Shown one piece after another: positions 17,759-27,069 of a stretch of 64,000 nt of DNA (the first letter of the stretch is position 1; every line of letters starts with the position of its first letter). The position numbers were made by a program, and so were the translations under genes. The stretch spans positions 2,850-66,849 of the forward strand of contig JACZJQ010000025.1 of assembly GCA_014860455.1 (NCBI GenBank). Direction: 5' to 3'. The stretch comes from Bryobacteraceae bacterium. Its GTDB lineage: Bacteria; Acidobacteriota; Terriglobia; Bryobacterales; Bryobacteraceae. A model generated the notes under the pieces. It had not been told where the DNA came from. It worked only from the letters and a program-made list of their open reading frames with translations, and did no database searches.

Positions 17759-18046
17759 TTTGGTGTCCGCTTTGAACGGACGGTAAATAAGCAGCGCCGG
17801 CATCTTAGCTCAATAGGGATGACGAACGCGACCTTGAAACCGTGCAGACCGGGTCCGCACCCGGCTATGCTGAAATTGTATGAGACTTAGAGGTCCGCTC
17901 CAACCGTTTTCCGCGGGCGGACCCTCAAGCCGCTACTCGATGTGGGCCGCCTGCCGCCGGTCCGGTTCCAGGATGAACCGTGCAGGCGCCGGCCAGGCAG
18001 TCTTATCCCAGGGGCAAGTCCCCATCCAAACCAAGAAAGGCAAACC

Positions 18047-19207
18047 ATGCAGTTAGCCGCCGCCATGAGCCGCCTCGGCACCGAGACGGCCTTTGAAGTC
18101 CTGCTGCGCGCCCGCGCGCTTGAAGCCCAGGGACGCTCTATCATCCATCTCGAGATCGGGGAACCCGATTTCAATACTCCGAGCCATATCCGCGAAGCAG
18201 CAAAGCAGGCCCTCGACGAGGGCTGGACCCATTACGGGCCAAGCCAGGGCCTGCCTGAGTTGCGCGAGGCCATCGCCGCTTACATTACAAGGACGAGAGG
18301 CATCGCCGCCGATCCGGCGCATGTCTGCGTGGTGCCCGGCGGCAAGCCGATCATCTTCTTCCCCATGCTGGCGCTGCTGAACCCCGGCGACGAGGTGATC
18401 TACCCAAACCCGTCATTCCCTATCTATGAATCGATGATTCGATTCACCGGGGCGACGCCGGTGCCGGTTCCCCTGGTGGAGTCGAGGGGGTTCAGTTTCG
18501 ATCTGGACCTGTTCAAGTCGCGGCTGAATTCGAAGACCCGGATGGTGATTCTCAACTCGCCGGCCAACCCAACCGGGGGCATCATGCCGGAGGAGGACAT
18601 CGCTGAGATTGCGGCCCTGCTCGCCGGGCGCGATGTCGTGGTGCTGTCGGACGAGATCTACAGCCGCATGACCTATGGCCGGCCGCATGTCTCTATCGCA
18701 GCCTACCCTGGCATGAAAGAGAAGACCATCATTCTGGACGGTTTCTCGAAGACTTACGCGATGACCGGGTGGCGGATCGGCTATGGCCTGATGCCACCGG
18801 CGCTTGTAGAATCTGTCAACAAGCTTATGGTGAATTCCAACAGTTGCACGGCGAGTTTCACCCAGCGGGCCGCGATTTCTGCCCTGAACGGACCGCAGGA
18901 CGAAGCCGAAGCGATGATCGCGGAGTTCCGGCGCAGGCGGGATGTCTTCATCGACAGGATCAATCAGATCCCTGGCTTCCGGTGCCCCATGCCTGAGGGC
19001 GCCTTCTACGCGTTCCCCAACATTGAGGCAACTGGTTGGAAATCGAAGGCTCTGGCTGATGCGCTACTCGACGAGACGGGGGTTGCCTGCCTGAGCGGAA
19101 CCGCGTTTGGAGAGTACGGCGAAGGCTACCTCAGGTTCAGTTATGCGAACTCTGAAGAGCGCTTGCTGGAGGCTGCGGACAGAATTTCGCGTTTCTTCGC
19201 ATCCTGA
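18047..19207 (+). CDS. Class I/II pyridoxal-phosphate aminotransferase (aspartate aminotransferase-like)
   Basis: The start is at ATG 18047 (MQLAAAMSRLGTE, preceded by agaaagg). LEIGEPDF, NSPANPTG and the PLP-lysine segment GFSKTYAMTGWRIGY are present. Confidence 0.9.
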   Translation: MQLAAAMSRLGTETAFEVLLRARALEAQGRSIIHLEIGEPDFNTPSHIREAAKQALDEGWTHYGPSQGLPELREAIAAYITRTRGIAADPAHVCVVPGGKPIIFFPMLALLNPGDEVIYPNPSFPIYESMIRFTGATPVPVPLVESRGFSFDLDLFKSRLNSKTRMVILNSPANPTGGIMPEEDIAEIAALLAGRDVVVLSDEIYSRMTYGRPHVSIAAYPGMKEKTIILDGFSKTYAMTGWRIGYGLMPPALVESVNKLMVNSNSCTASFTQRAAISALNGPQDEAEAMIAEFRRRRDVFIDRINQIPGFRCPMPEGAFYAFPNIEATGWKSKALADALLDETGVACLSGTAFGEYGEGYLRFSYANSEERLLEAADRISRFFAS

Positions 19208-19267
19208 CGCTTGTTTACACTCCAATGGGTGTATGCATCCACCCAAATAGGGTGTAATCCTTGATCC

Positions 19268-19759
19268 ATGGATCTGCGCAGTCTGGCGATCGTCATCCTT
19301 GATCACGAGCAGAGAGTCCTGTTTTCAAATTCAGCGGCTCATAATTTCTTTTCGGACTTCCCGTCCTTGAAAACATCCGAAGGTAAATGGAGCGGACCGA
19401 CGCCTCCTGAGGGCGAAGTCCTCGAACTTGATGGAGATTTAGGGGGAGCCAGAATCCGATTAGTCCGCACCTGGATTTCCAACGGCAGGCCAGAAGCGGG
19501 CTACGCCGGGATCATCCTGTGCCCGCTCGGCATGAAACCGGAGGATCGCCGGGGCAAACTGTTGAAAGTGTATGAGTTCACTCCGGCGGAACTCAAACTT
19601 GTGGAGCTGCTGCTCGAAGGGCTGCGGCCGCAGACTGCCGCAACGGAGCTGGGGATCACGATCCATACCGTCAGAACCTATCTGAAGCGCCTCTATCGCA
19701 AAGTGGGTGTGCGGTCGCAATCCACGCTGGTTTGTGCGCTCAATAAGGCGCTCGAATAG
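19268..19759 (+). CDS. LuxR-family transcriptional regulator with a PAS-like N-terminus
   Basis: The C-terminal HTH is FTPAELKLVELLLEGLRPQTAATELGITIHTVRTYLKRLYRKVGV. The N-terminal AIVILDHEQRVLFSNSAAHNFF resembles a PAS start. Confidence 0.8.
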   Translation: MDLRSLAIVILDHEQRVLFSNSAAHNFFSDFPSLKTSEGKWSGPTPPEGEVLELDGDLGGARIRLVRTWISNGRPEAGYAGIILCPLGMKPEDRRGKLLKVYEFTPAELKLVELLLEGLRPQTAATELGITIHTVRTYLKRLYRKVGVRSQSTLVCALNKALE

Positions 19760-19866
19760 GGAAGCGAACTCAGACTGCGACTGTGGCAGGAATTCTATCA
19801 GATTTGAAAAGTCCCATGCGTACTGTAAGTACCGTAACTCGACGAATCTTGAATACTGGAGCCGAT

Positions 19867-20778
19867 TTAGTGTTCGGTGAAATGCTCTTCCAGGGTGGTG
19901 AGGACCAGAATCGTCCACAGCGCGTTCGCCAGGAAAAGATGAAGCAGTTGCATCCACACCGGCGCAAGCAGCCAGACGTTGACTACGCCGGCGACGGTTT
20001 GGATCACCACCAGCCAGACGATGGCATGGCCCCCGGCTTTGGACCTGGCTGAAACGCCGGCTCGGGAGACCTGGAGGCCGGTGAACAGGAGAAACACCCC
20101 GGCCAGCACGGCGACGACAGGGTGGAGGAGGCGGAGCCTGAGCAGGGCATGAGCATCCGTGGCGAACTCCGCCTTCATGCCATCAGCCATGGAAGTGGCC
20201 GGGAAGACAGTATCGCCGAGAGCGGCGATGGCACCGGTGACGCCGGCGGCGATGACGGAAGCCAGCGCCCATTTCCACTTGGCGGCGATGGGTTTCAGCT
20301 TCGGGGCGGCGTGTCGCCCGAGCCAGGCGGTGGAGACCAAAGCGCCGACCAGAAGCAGCGTGTTCGTCAAGTGTGCGGAGAGGTAGGCGGCGCGGCCAAG
20401 GCTTTTGTTTTGTTCGACGTATTCGAGCAGGACGAGTCCGGCGCCAAGCAGCGCTTCGATCAGGATCAGGATGAGGGAGATGAGGCTGGCCCTACGCGCG
20501 AGGTGGCCCTTGGGGAACCATTTCCATGCGAGATAGACCAGGACGGCGACCGAGATCAGGGCCAGTCCGCTGGTGATGCGGTGGGTGAACTCGATAATGG
20601 TGGCGATTTCCGGCGCCCGCGGCACCACTTCGCCGTTGCAGAGCGGCCAGTGGCTGCCACAGCCTGCGCCGGATCCTGTGGCGCGCACCGCCGCGCCCCA
20701 GACGATGACGAACAGATTCCAGGCGACGACCGCCCACGCATACCGGCTGAATAGGCGGGCCGACTGGTTCGTGGTCAT
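19867..20778 (-). CDS. ctaA: Heme A synthase (COX15/CtaA family)
   Basis: RATGSGAGCGSHWPLCNGE is present, with multiple TM helices and conserved His. The start is at ATG 20778 (GGAGG 7 nt upstream). The tracked ORF extends to 20817. Confidence 0.85.
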   Translation of the reverse strand: MTTNQSARLFSRYAWAVVAWNLFVIVWGAAVRATGSGAGCGSHWPLCNGEVVPRAPEIATIIEFTHRITSGLALISVAVLVYLAWKWFPKGHLARRASLISLILILIEALLGAGLVLLEYVEQNKSLGRAAYLSAHLTNTLLLVGALVSTAWLGRHAAPKLKPIAAKWKWALASVIAAGVTGAIAALGDTVFPATSMADGMKAEFATDAHALLRLRLLHPVVAVLAGVFLLFTGLQVSRAGVSARSKAGGHAIVWLVVIQTVAGVVNVWLLAPVWMQLLHLFLANALWTILVLTTLEEHFTEH

Positions 20779-20801
20779 CCGCACACCTCCAATCCAATAG
20801 A

Positions 20802-21440
20802 ATGACACCAGTGACACTCACTTTGAGAGATGCCTGGCGCGGCGGCGTCAAGGCGCATGATTACGAAGCGCACATGGCGGCGATCGGCCAGGCGCAGGCC
20901 AACGCTGAGCATCTCGCTGAATTTGCCCGTCAAACCTGCGGGCGTCTGCTGGTGGCGGGCTGCGGGCCGGGGCAGTTCTTCGATTACCTCGAAGACGGGG
21001 CGTTCAACGGCTGCCGGCCGGTTTTTTGCGACATCAACCCGGACTTTCTAGCTGCGCTTCGCGCCCGGTGTCCCGGTGCGATCTGTGTCGCCGACGATCT
21101 GGAGCACAGCGGTCTGCAAGCGCCCTTCGATGCCGCCTGCGCAACGCTGGTTCTCGAACACACCGACTGGCGCAAGGTTGTGGCCACGCTGACACGGCTT
21201 GCTCCGCTGGTGATGATCGTGATTCAGCTGAACCCGCCGGAGATGGCAACGGCGGTCTCGCCGGGCCGCACGCCGCCGGGGTCGATGGTTGCATTCAAGC
21301 ATGTCCATCCAAGCCTGATTGACGAGGGCGAACTCGTCGCCGAGTTGGGGCTTCTAGGCTTGGCGCTCGAAGCGCGCAGTCCGAAAGCGGTGGCCGACGG
21401 CAAGACGATGCTGGCGCTGACCTTCGCACGCCGCGCGTAG
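20802..21440 (+). CDS. Class I SAM-dependent methyltransferase
   Basis: Motif I is LLVAGCGPGQFFDYL, with an acidic motif II (CDINPDF). It is divergent from ctaA with only a 23-nt spacer. Confidence 0.75.
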   Translation: MTPVTLTLRDAWRGGVKAHDYEAHMAAIGQAQANAEHLAEFARQTCGRLLVAGCGPGQFFDYLEDGAFNGCRPVFCDINPDFLAALRARCPGAICVADDLEHSGLQAPFDAACATLVLEHTDWRKVVATLTRLAPLVMIVIQLNPPEMATAVSPGRTPPGSMVAFKHVHPSLIDEGELVAELGLLGLALEARSPKAVADGKTMLALTFARRA

Positions 21441-21443
21441 GCT

Positions 21444-22766
21444 TCAGGCGGTCTTGCTGATGTCGGCGGCCGAAGCGCGGATCTTCTGAATAGCCGAGAC
21501 GATCTGGTCCATATCCGACCGCGGGCCGATCAGCATGTTCTGCGTGAACCAGACGGCCTCGGAGCAGAGCTTGTCGTTCTGCGGGCACAGGTTCTGTTCG
21601 CGCCAGCGCTTCAGGGCCGCTTCGCCAAAGACGCGCTTGTAGTGGCGCGACGAGAGCACCTTGTCGAGGAACGACTCCTTGTTGAGCGGCGAGTATCCGG
21701 ACGACGCAGGGATGCCTTCTGCGCTCATGGCCTTGAGGAACGCCGCGCGGCTCAATCTGCCGAAGCCCTGCGGATCGTAGCGCATCATGAACAGGTGCCA
21801 GGCGTTGCGGGTACAGCCGGGATAGAGCTTCTGAGGGCGGATGCCGGGAATCTTTTCCAGCAGCGATGCCAGATAGGCCGCGTTGTCGTCGCGGCGCTTG
21901 GACTGCGATTCGAGCCGCCGCATCTGGGTTGTCAGCAGCGAACCCTGGAACTCGGTGAGGCGCAGGTTCGCTCCGTTCAGCGCATAGCCGGCCAGCGTCA
22001 TGGTGCCGCCGCGGCGCGCGCGGCCGTTGCCGTGGAAGGCGTAGGCGCGGTCGAAGAGGGTTTCGTTGCTGGTGATCAGGGCGCCGCCCTCGCCTGAGTT
22101 GAGGTTCTTCGAAGCCTGGAAACTGAACGTGCCGCAATCGCCGAGCGAGCCGACCTTGCGGCCGCGCCATTCACCGAGATGGGCCTGGCAGGCGTCCTCA
22201 ACGATGGGGAGTTTGCGGCGCTTGCCGATGTCGAGGATGGTGTCGAGGTCGGCCGCCGCGCCGCCGAGATGGACCGGGACGATAGCGCGAGTGTTGGGCG
22301 TGATGCGGGCTTCGATCTTGCGGGCGTCGATCTGGAAGGTCTCGATGTCGGAGTCAACGAAGACGGGCAGGGCGTGCTGGAGCAGGATGACGTTGAGTGT
22401 TGCGACAAAGGTGTAGGGCGGCAGGATGACCTCGTCGCCGGGACCGATGTCGAGTGCGTTCATGGCGCAGATCAAAGCGCTGGTGCCGTTGGCGGTGGCC
22501 AGGCAGTGTTTGGCTCCGGTGAGCGCGGCGTATTTCTCCTCCCACTGGCCGACGCGCTTGCCTGTGGTACGGCCCCAGTGGCCGCTGTCGAGGACTTCAA
22601 CGATGCCGGCCTTGTCGGATTCGTCCCAGACCGGCCACGAGGCCCACGGCTGTTTCCTTACCGGTTCTCCGCCCAGCACGGCCGGCCGGGCCGTATCGGC
22701 ATTGAGGGCGGCGGGCAACGCGGCGGATGCCAGCAGGGTTCGGCGGGTCAGTTTCGTCGGTTCCAT
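21444..22766 (-). CDS. DegT/DnrJ/EryC1/StrS-family PLP aminotransferase with a Tat-like signal
   Basis: The N-terminus is MEPTKLTRRTLLASAALPAALNA. The PLP-lysine segment is FSFQASKNLNSGEGGAL. The upstream part is DegT-like (VILPPYTFVAT). Confidence 0.88.
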   Translation of the reverse strand: MEPTKLTRRTLLASAALPAALNADTARPAVLGGEPVRKQPWASWPVWDESDKAGIVEVLDSGHWGRTTGKRVGQWEEKYAALTGAKHCLATANGTSALICAMNALDIGPGDEVILPPYTFVATLNVILLQHALPVFVDSDIETFQIDARKIEARITPNTRAIVPVHLGGAAADLDTILDIGKRRKLPIVEDACQAHLGEWRGRKVGSLGDCGTFSFQASKNLNSGEGGALITSNETLFDRAYAFHGNGRARRGGTMTLAGYALNGANLRLTEFQGSLLTTQMRRLESQSKRRDDNAAYLASLLEKIPGIRPQKLYPGCTRNAWHLFMMRYDPQGFGRLSRAAFLKAMSAEGIPASSGYSPLNKESFLDKVLSSRHYKRVFGEAALKRWREQNLCPQNDKLCSEAVWFTQNMLIGPRSDMDQIVSAIQKIRASAADISKTA

Positions 22767-22832
22767 GGTTCATTATTGTACGCCTGGCATGGGAGGCCGG
22801 GGGCCGGAGCGGATCGGGGGAGAATGTAGTGG

Positions 22833-23510
22833 ATGCGGGATTCGCTTGCAGTACTGAATCGGGAAGTTGAAGCGTGCGCGCTTTGTCCGCGGCTGCGCCA
22901 GTGGTGCGAAGAAGTGGCCCGGACGAAGAGGCGCGCCTATCGCGACTGCGACTACTGGGGCAGGCCGGTGACGGGCTTCGGCGACGCGAACGCCCGGTTG
23001 CTGGTCGTTGGACTAGCGCCGGGTGCGCACGGGGCGAACCGGACGGGCAGGGTGTTCACCGGCGACGCATCCGGCGACTGGCTGTATAGGGCGATGCACG
23101 AGGCGGGTTTCGCGAACCAGCCGCAATCGGTTTCCCGCAACGATGGTCTGATTCTGAACGACGCGTGGGTGACGGCGTCTGTGCGGTGCGCGCCGCCGGA
23201 CAACAAACCGTCGCGCGACGAGATTCTCACGTGCCGTCCTTACCTGGATCGCGAGATCGGATTGCTCCGGCAAGTGAAAGTGGTGGTCGCGCTGGGCCGC
23301 CTGGCATTTGACAACTACCTTTCGCTGCTGCGCGGCCGCGGCCATGCGGTTGGCCGGTACGATTTCGCGCACTGCAAGGTGCATGAGTTGGGCGAGGGGT
23401 TTCCTGTGTTGATCAGTTCCTACCACCCGAGCCGGCAGAACACACAGACCGGACGGTTGACCAGGGAGATGCTCGGCGGCGTCTTCGAGCGGGCGCGCCA
23501 GTTGCTGTGA
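22833..23510 (+). CDS. Uracil-DNA glycosylase, family 5-like (Fe-S type)
   Basis: CALCPRL is present, with GLAPGAHGANRTGRVFTGD (family 5 has GLAPA.HG.NRTG where family 4 has GE.PG) and the C-terminal SYHPSRQN. Confidence 0.85.
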   Translation: MRDSLAVLNREVEACALCPRLRQWCEEVARTKRRAYRDCDYWGRPVTGFGDANARLLVVGLAPGAHGANRTGRVFTGDASGDWLYRAMHEAGFANQPQSVSRNDGLILNDAWVTASVRCAPPDNKPSRDEILTCRPYLDREIGLLRQVKVVVALGRLAFDNYLSLLRGRGHAVGRYDFAHCKVHELGEGFPVLISSYHPSRQNTQTGRLTREMLGGVFERARQLL

Positions 23511-23645
23511 AATCGCCAGCCAAATTCGTGCTCCGGCGGGATCTGCTCCAGGACCTCAGCACAATCCGATCGAGACAGCGCCAGGGTCTCCAGAACCGAG
23601 TGAAGCCCTGGGCGGCCCCCGCGTGTTGTTGCTAGAATCGCACTC

Positions 23646-25223
23646 GTGATCCTGATTGTGCTCGCGCTCGCAGCAATTCCGGCGCTGGGTCAGAGCGGCG
23701 TCGTGGAGGGTAGCGTTGTTGACGCAGTAACGAAAGCTCCGATCGCGGGCGCTGTCGTCAAGCTGCATCAGGGAGACAAGCCCGTTCATTCAGGAGCCAC
23801 CGACGCGCTGGGGGTGTTCCGAATCGAAGGCGTGCAGCAGGGCGAGTACCGCGCTGTGATCGACAAGCCCGACTACATGCGTTTGGCTCCGGATCACCCG
23901 GCTGCCAAGACCTTCGCAATGTCAGACGCATCTCCGAAGGTGAGTCTACGCGCTGAGCTTGTGCCATTCGGGCAAGTCATGGGGTGCGTGCTGAGCCCTT
24001 TGGGAAGGCCGATGAAAGACGTTCCAGTGGTGATGCGGCGGCTGTGGGATGCAGAGTGGATACAGATCACTGTGTCGGGTGAGGGAGGAGTATTCCGCTT
24101 CCCCCGCCTGGAGCCTGGAACCTGGATTCTCGCTGTATCGCCATCGCATCGCATCGCCTCTTCCGATCCTGCCGTGAAGCAGAAACCAGTTGAGCCAGCT
24201 GCCGAGGAGGAGGGGCTAATGGTCCGTTGGGTGGCCACCTTCTTCCCCGACGTAACAGAAATGGCTGGCGCGGGGAGGATTGTAGTGCGGCCGGGCGCAG
24301 TGCTCGAAGGCTACGACATAAAGATACGGACTATGCCGGCGCGGCGATTGTCGGGCGTTGTCATCGATCAAGAGGGCAAACCTGTGGCGAAAGCATCGGT
24401 GTGGCTGACCGACCTGGCAGCGATGGGCTCAAATGGCTCCAACATGACCACAGATAGCAATGGGCGCTTCGATACCGATTCCGCAATGGATGGAGACTGG
24501 CGAATATTTGCCACGCACGGACCACACGACCAAGCGATCAAGGGTTTTGTCGAGTTGTATGTGTCGCGGAGGGCCGTCAGCGGGATCGAAGTGCGACTTA
24601 TGGCGCCGTTCGAAGTGAAAGGCTCTGTGGATCGCGAGGAGCCAAGGGACCGGGATGGAAAACGCAAGGTCTCTGGCGTCTACCTGATCCCGCAAGGGGT
24701 TGAGCCACGGGATTACCAGGAATCCGCTTTCCATGAACAGGATGGCGGCTTCGTTCTGAAGCGAGTTTATGCGGGCCAGTACCGCATCCTTCCCGTAGGT
24801 TACGTGCCTGGTTACTACATTGCTTCAATCCTGTACGGCGACCAGGAAGTCACCACGCAGACGGTCGGCATTCGAAACCCGCCGCTGCCGATCAGAATCA
24901 TCTACAGGCAGGGTGCGGCCAGCGTGACTGGCACCGTCGAGAAGGGCGAGGGCATGTGGGTGGCGCTTGTGCCGCAGGATGAGGCCTTGCGCGACCCACA
25001 TCAATTCATCCGTACGGCCAAGTGCGAGGAGCACGGGAGGTTCTCGATCGGCAGCCTGCGCCCGGGCAGCTACTACGCATATGCATTCGACCGCGTCCAG
25101 AGGGAGATGTTGGCAGACGTGGAGTTTGTGCGCAAGCTTGCGGCATATGCGCGGCGCGTTGAGTTACGGCATGGAGAGACAGCAAATCTTGAACTGCGCC
25201 CCCAAGCATGGCCGGACTATTAG
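23646..25223 (+). CDS. Secreted protein with carboxypeptidase-regulatory-like (CarboxypepD_reg) domains
   Basis: GTG 23646 is the first in-frame start after a stop at 23601. The signal-like N-terminus is ILIVLALAAIPALGQ. VEGSVVDAVTKAPIAGAVVKL and later LSGVVIDQEGKPVAKASVWL are typical CarboxypepD_reg starts. Confidence 0.75.
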   Translation: MILIVLALAAIPALGQSGVVEGSVVDAVTKAPIAGAVVKLHQGDKPVHSGATDALGVFRIEGVQQGEYRAVIDKPDYMRLAPDHPAAKTFAMSDASPKVSLRAELVPFGQVMGCVLSPLGRPMKDVPVVMRRLWDAEWIQITVSGEGGVFRFPRLEPGTWILAVSPSHRIASSDPAVKQKPVEPAAEEEGLMVRWVATFFPDVTEMAGAGRIVVRPGAVLEGYDIKIRTMPARRLSGVVIDQEGKPVAKASVWLTDLAAMGSNGSNMTTDSNGRFDTDSAMDGDWRIFATHGPHDQAIKGFVELYVSRRAVSGIEVRLMAPFEVKGSVDREEPRDRDGKRKVSGVYLIPQGVEPRDYQESAFHEQDGGFVLKRVYAGQYRILPVGYVPGYYIASILYGDQEVTTQTVGIRNPPLPIRIIYRQGAASVTGTVEKGEGMWVALVPQDEALRDPHQFIRTAKCEEHGRFSIGSLRPGSYYAYAFDRVQREMLADVEFVRKLAAYARRVELRHGETANLELRPQAWPDY

Positions 25224-25439
25224 CCAGCTTTGATCGGTCGAGGATATAGCTACTGCGCCGGACCGGGGAAAGATATCTGTCACGACCAGGCGACGATGCT
25301 GTTGAGAGCGGCAGACAACCCCGCCACTGTAAGTTGCCCCGGCTCCGAGGCCGGGCGCTAACCCGTTCCGAGCCGGTTCCGCTCACTTGCTTTCCGTGGA
25401 AGCCGGGACACCGGCGGCGCGCGGGACTATGATTAAGGT

Positions 25440-25682
25440 ATGGCCCGAGGTTGGGAAAGTAAGGATGTGGAATCGCGCATCCAGGACGCCCAGGACCGGC
25501 TGTCCGCCAAAGGAACGACACTGACCCCTGAACAACTGGCTCGAAACACAAAGATCCATCTGCTCGAACAACAGCAGAGGCGCCTCATCACCGAGATGCG
25601 AGATGCGACGACCGACAGGATGCTCGCTCTTCTGAGGCGGGAAATGGCCTGGGTTGAGGACCGCATCAAAGAACTTCAGTAG
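25440..25682 (+). CDS. Small conserved hypothetical protein (helical)
   Basis: 80 aa beginning MARGWESKDVESRIQDAQ. It has high GC3 and ends 16 nt upstream of the permease gene. Confidence 0.6.
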   Translation: MARGWESKDVESRIQDAQDRLSAKGTTLTPEQLARNTKIHLLEQQQRRLITEMRDATTDRMLALLRREMAWVEDRIKELQ

Positions 25683-25698
25683 CGCGCTTTGATACTCT

Positions 25699-27015
25699 GT
25701 GCGTTTCATGCGCAAGAAGCTTGAAACGTATTTTGAGTTCACCGCACTCGGCACAGACTGGCGTACCGAGGTGCTGGCCGGGTTCACGACCTTCGTGACC
25801 ATGGCTTACATCATCTTCGTGAACCCGTCGATCCTCGCCGACGCGGGGATGCCCGTCGCGGCGACAACGGCGGCCACATGCCTGTCCGCGGCGTTGGGCT
25901 CCATCCTGATGGGCGCGTTCGCCAAGTACCCTATCGCGCTGGCGCCGGGCATGGGGTTGAACGCCTACTTCACCTATAGCGTCGTGAAAGGCATGGGCGT
26001 GTCATGGCAGACGGCGCTGGGTGCGGTGTTTCTTTCGGGAGTGATCTTCCTGCTGCTGACATTGGGCGGCGTGCGCAAGCTGATCCTTGAATCCATCCCG
26101 CGGGACCTTTATTCGGCTGTTGCCGTTGGCATCGGACTGTTCATCGCCTTTATCGGATTCCGCAACGCGGGCATTGTGGTGCCTGACGCGGCGACAACGG
26201 TGACGTTGGGCAACCTGAGATCGCCGGGCACGCTGCTGTCGCTTTTCGGCTTGCTGCTGGTGTCGGCATTGATGGCCCGCGGCGTGCGCGCGGCGATGCT
26301 GATCGGCATCATCTTGACGACACTGGCCGGGGCGGCTGTGGGGCTGGTGAAATGGAACCCGACGCCGTATTCGTTCGCCGAGATCTCGGCGACGTTCATG
26401 CAACTCGACGTCAAAGGCGCGCTGAGCCTGGGGCTGATCGAGATCGTCTTCGTCTTCCTGTTCGTCGACCTGTTCGACAACATCGGCACCTTGGTGGCCG
26501 TGGGCAAGCGGGCACGGCTGTTTGACGATGCCGGGCGAATCCCGCGCGTGAACCGCATCCTCACCTGCGACGCGCTGGCGACAACGGCCGGTTCATTGAG
26601 CGGAACATCTACGGTGGTCAGCTACATCGAAAGCGCGGCGGGCGTCGTCGCGGGCGGACGCAGCGGCGTGACGGCGATTGTCTGCGGATTGCTCTTCGTG
26701 GCGGCGATGTTTGTGGCGCCGATGTTTGGCGTGATTCCGACGCAGGCGACAGCACCGGCGCTGATCGTTGTCGGAGCGCTGATGCTGGGCCACGCGGCCG
26801 AGATCGACTGGCACGATCCGCTGGCTTCGATCCCGGCGTTTCTGACGATCACGGCCATCCCGCTCACGTTCTCCATCGCCAACGGCCTGGCGTTCGGATT
26901 CAGCGTGTGGACGCTGCTGCAAGTCACCGCCGGGCGCTGGCGCAGCATCCACTGGCTGGTCTATCTGCTGACGGCGCTGTTCGTCGCCCGGTTCTTCTAT
27001 CTGGGCGCAGGGTGA
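25699..27015 (+). CDS. NCS2-family purine (adenine/guanine/hypoxanthine) permease, AzgA/PbuG-like
   Basis: The N-terminal TDWRTEVLAGFTTFVTMAYIIFVNPSIL is characteristic of the family. About 12 TM segments are present. The start is GTG 25699 or ATG 25708. Confidence 0.9.
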   Translation: MRFMRKKLETYFEFTALGTDWRTEVLAGFTTFVTMAYIIFVNPSILADAGMPVAATTAATCLSAALGSILMGAFAKYPIALAPGMGLNAYFTYSVVKGMGVSWQTALGAVFLSGVIFLLLTLGGVRKLILESIPRDLYSAVAVGIGLFIAFIGFRNAGIVVPDAATTVTLGNLRSPGTLLSLFGLLLVSALMARGVRAAMLIGIILTTLAGAAVGLVKWNPTPYSFAEISATFMQLDVKGALSLGLIEIVFVFLFVDLFDNIGTLVAVGKRARLFDDAGRIPRVNRILTCDALATTAGSLSGTSTVVSYIESAAGVVAGGRSGVTAIVCGLLFVAAMFVAPMFGVIPTQATAPALIVVGALMLGHAAEIDWHDPLASIPAFLTITAIPLTFSIANGLAFGFSVWTLLQVTAGRWRSIHWLVYLLTALFVARFFYLGAG

Positions 27016-27069
27016 AGTCCGCACGGGCGATGCGGAAAGGCGTCACAATCAGGGATTCGGGAGTTCAAC

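Noticed and set aside
21295-22170. 291-aa minus-strand ORF overlapping the DegT gene in another frame
   Set aside because: It is Arg/Pro-rich and overlaps both the methyltransferase end and the DegT gene. The DegT frame has the PLP-lysine motif.
25224-25698. Purine riboswitch upstream of the NCS2 purine permease
   Set aside because: The conserved purine-riboswitch core is not visible. The space is largely occupied by the 80-aa ORF 25440..25682.
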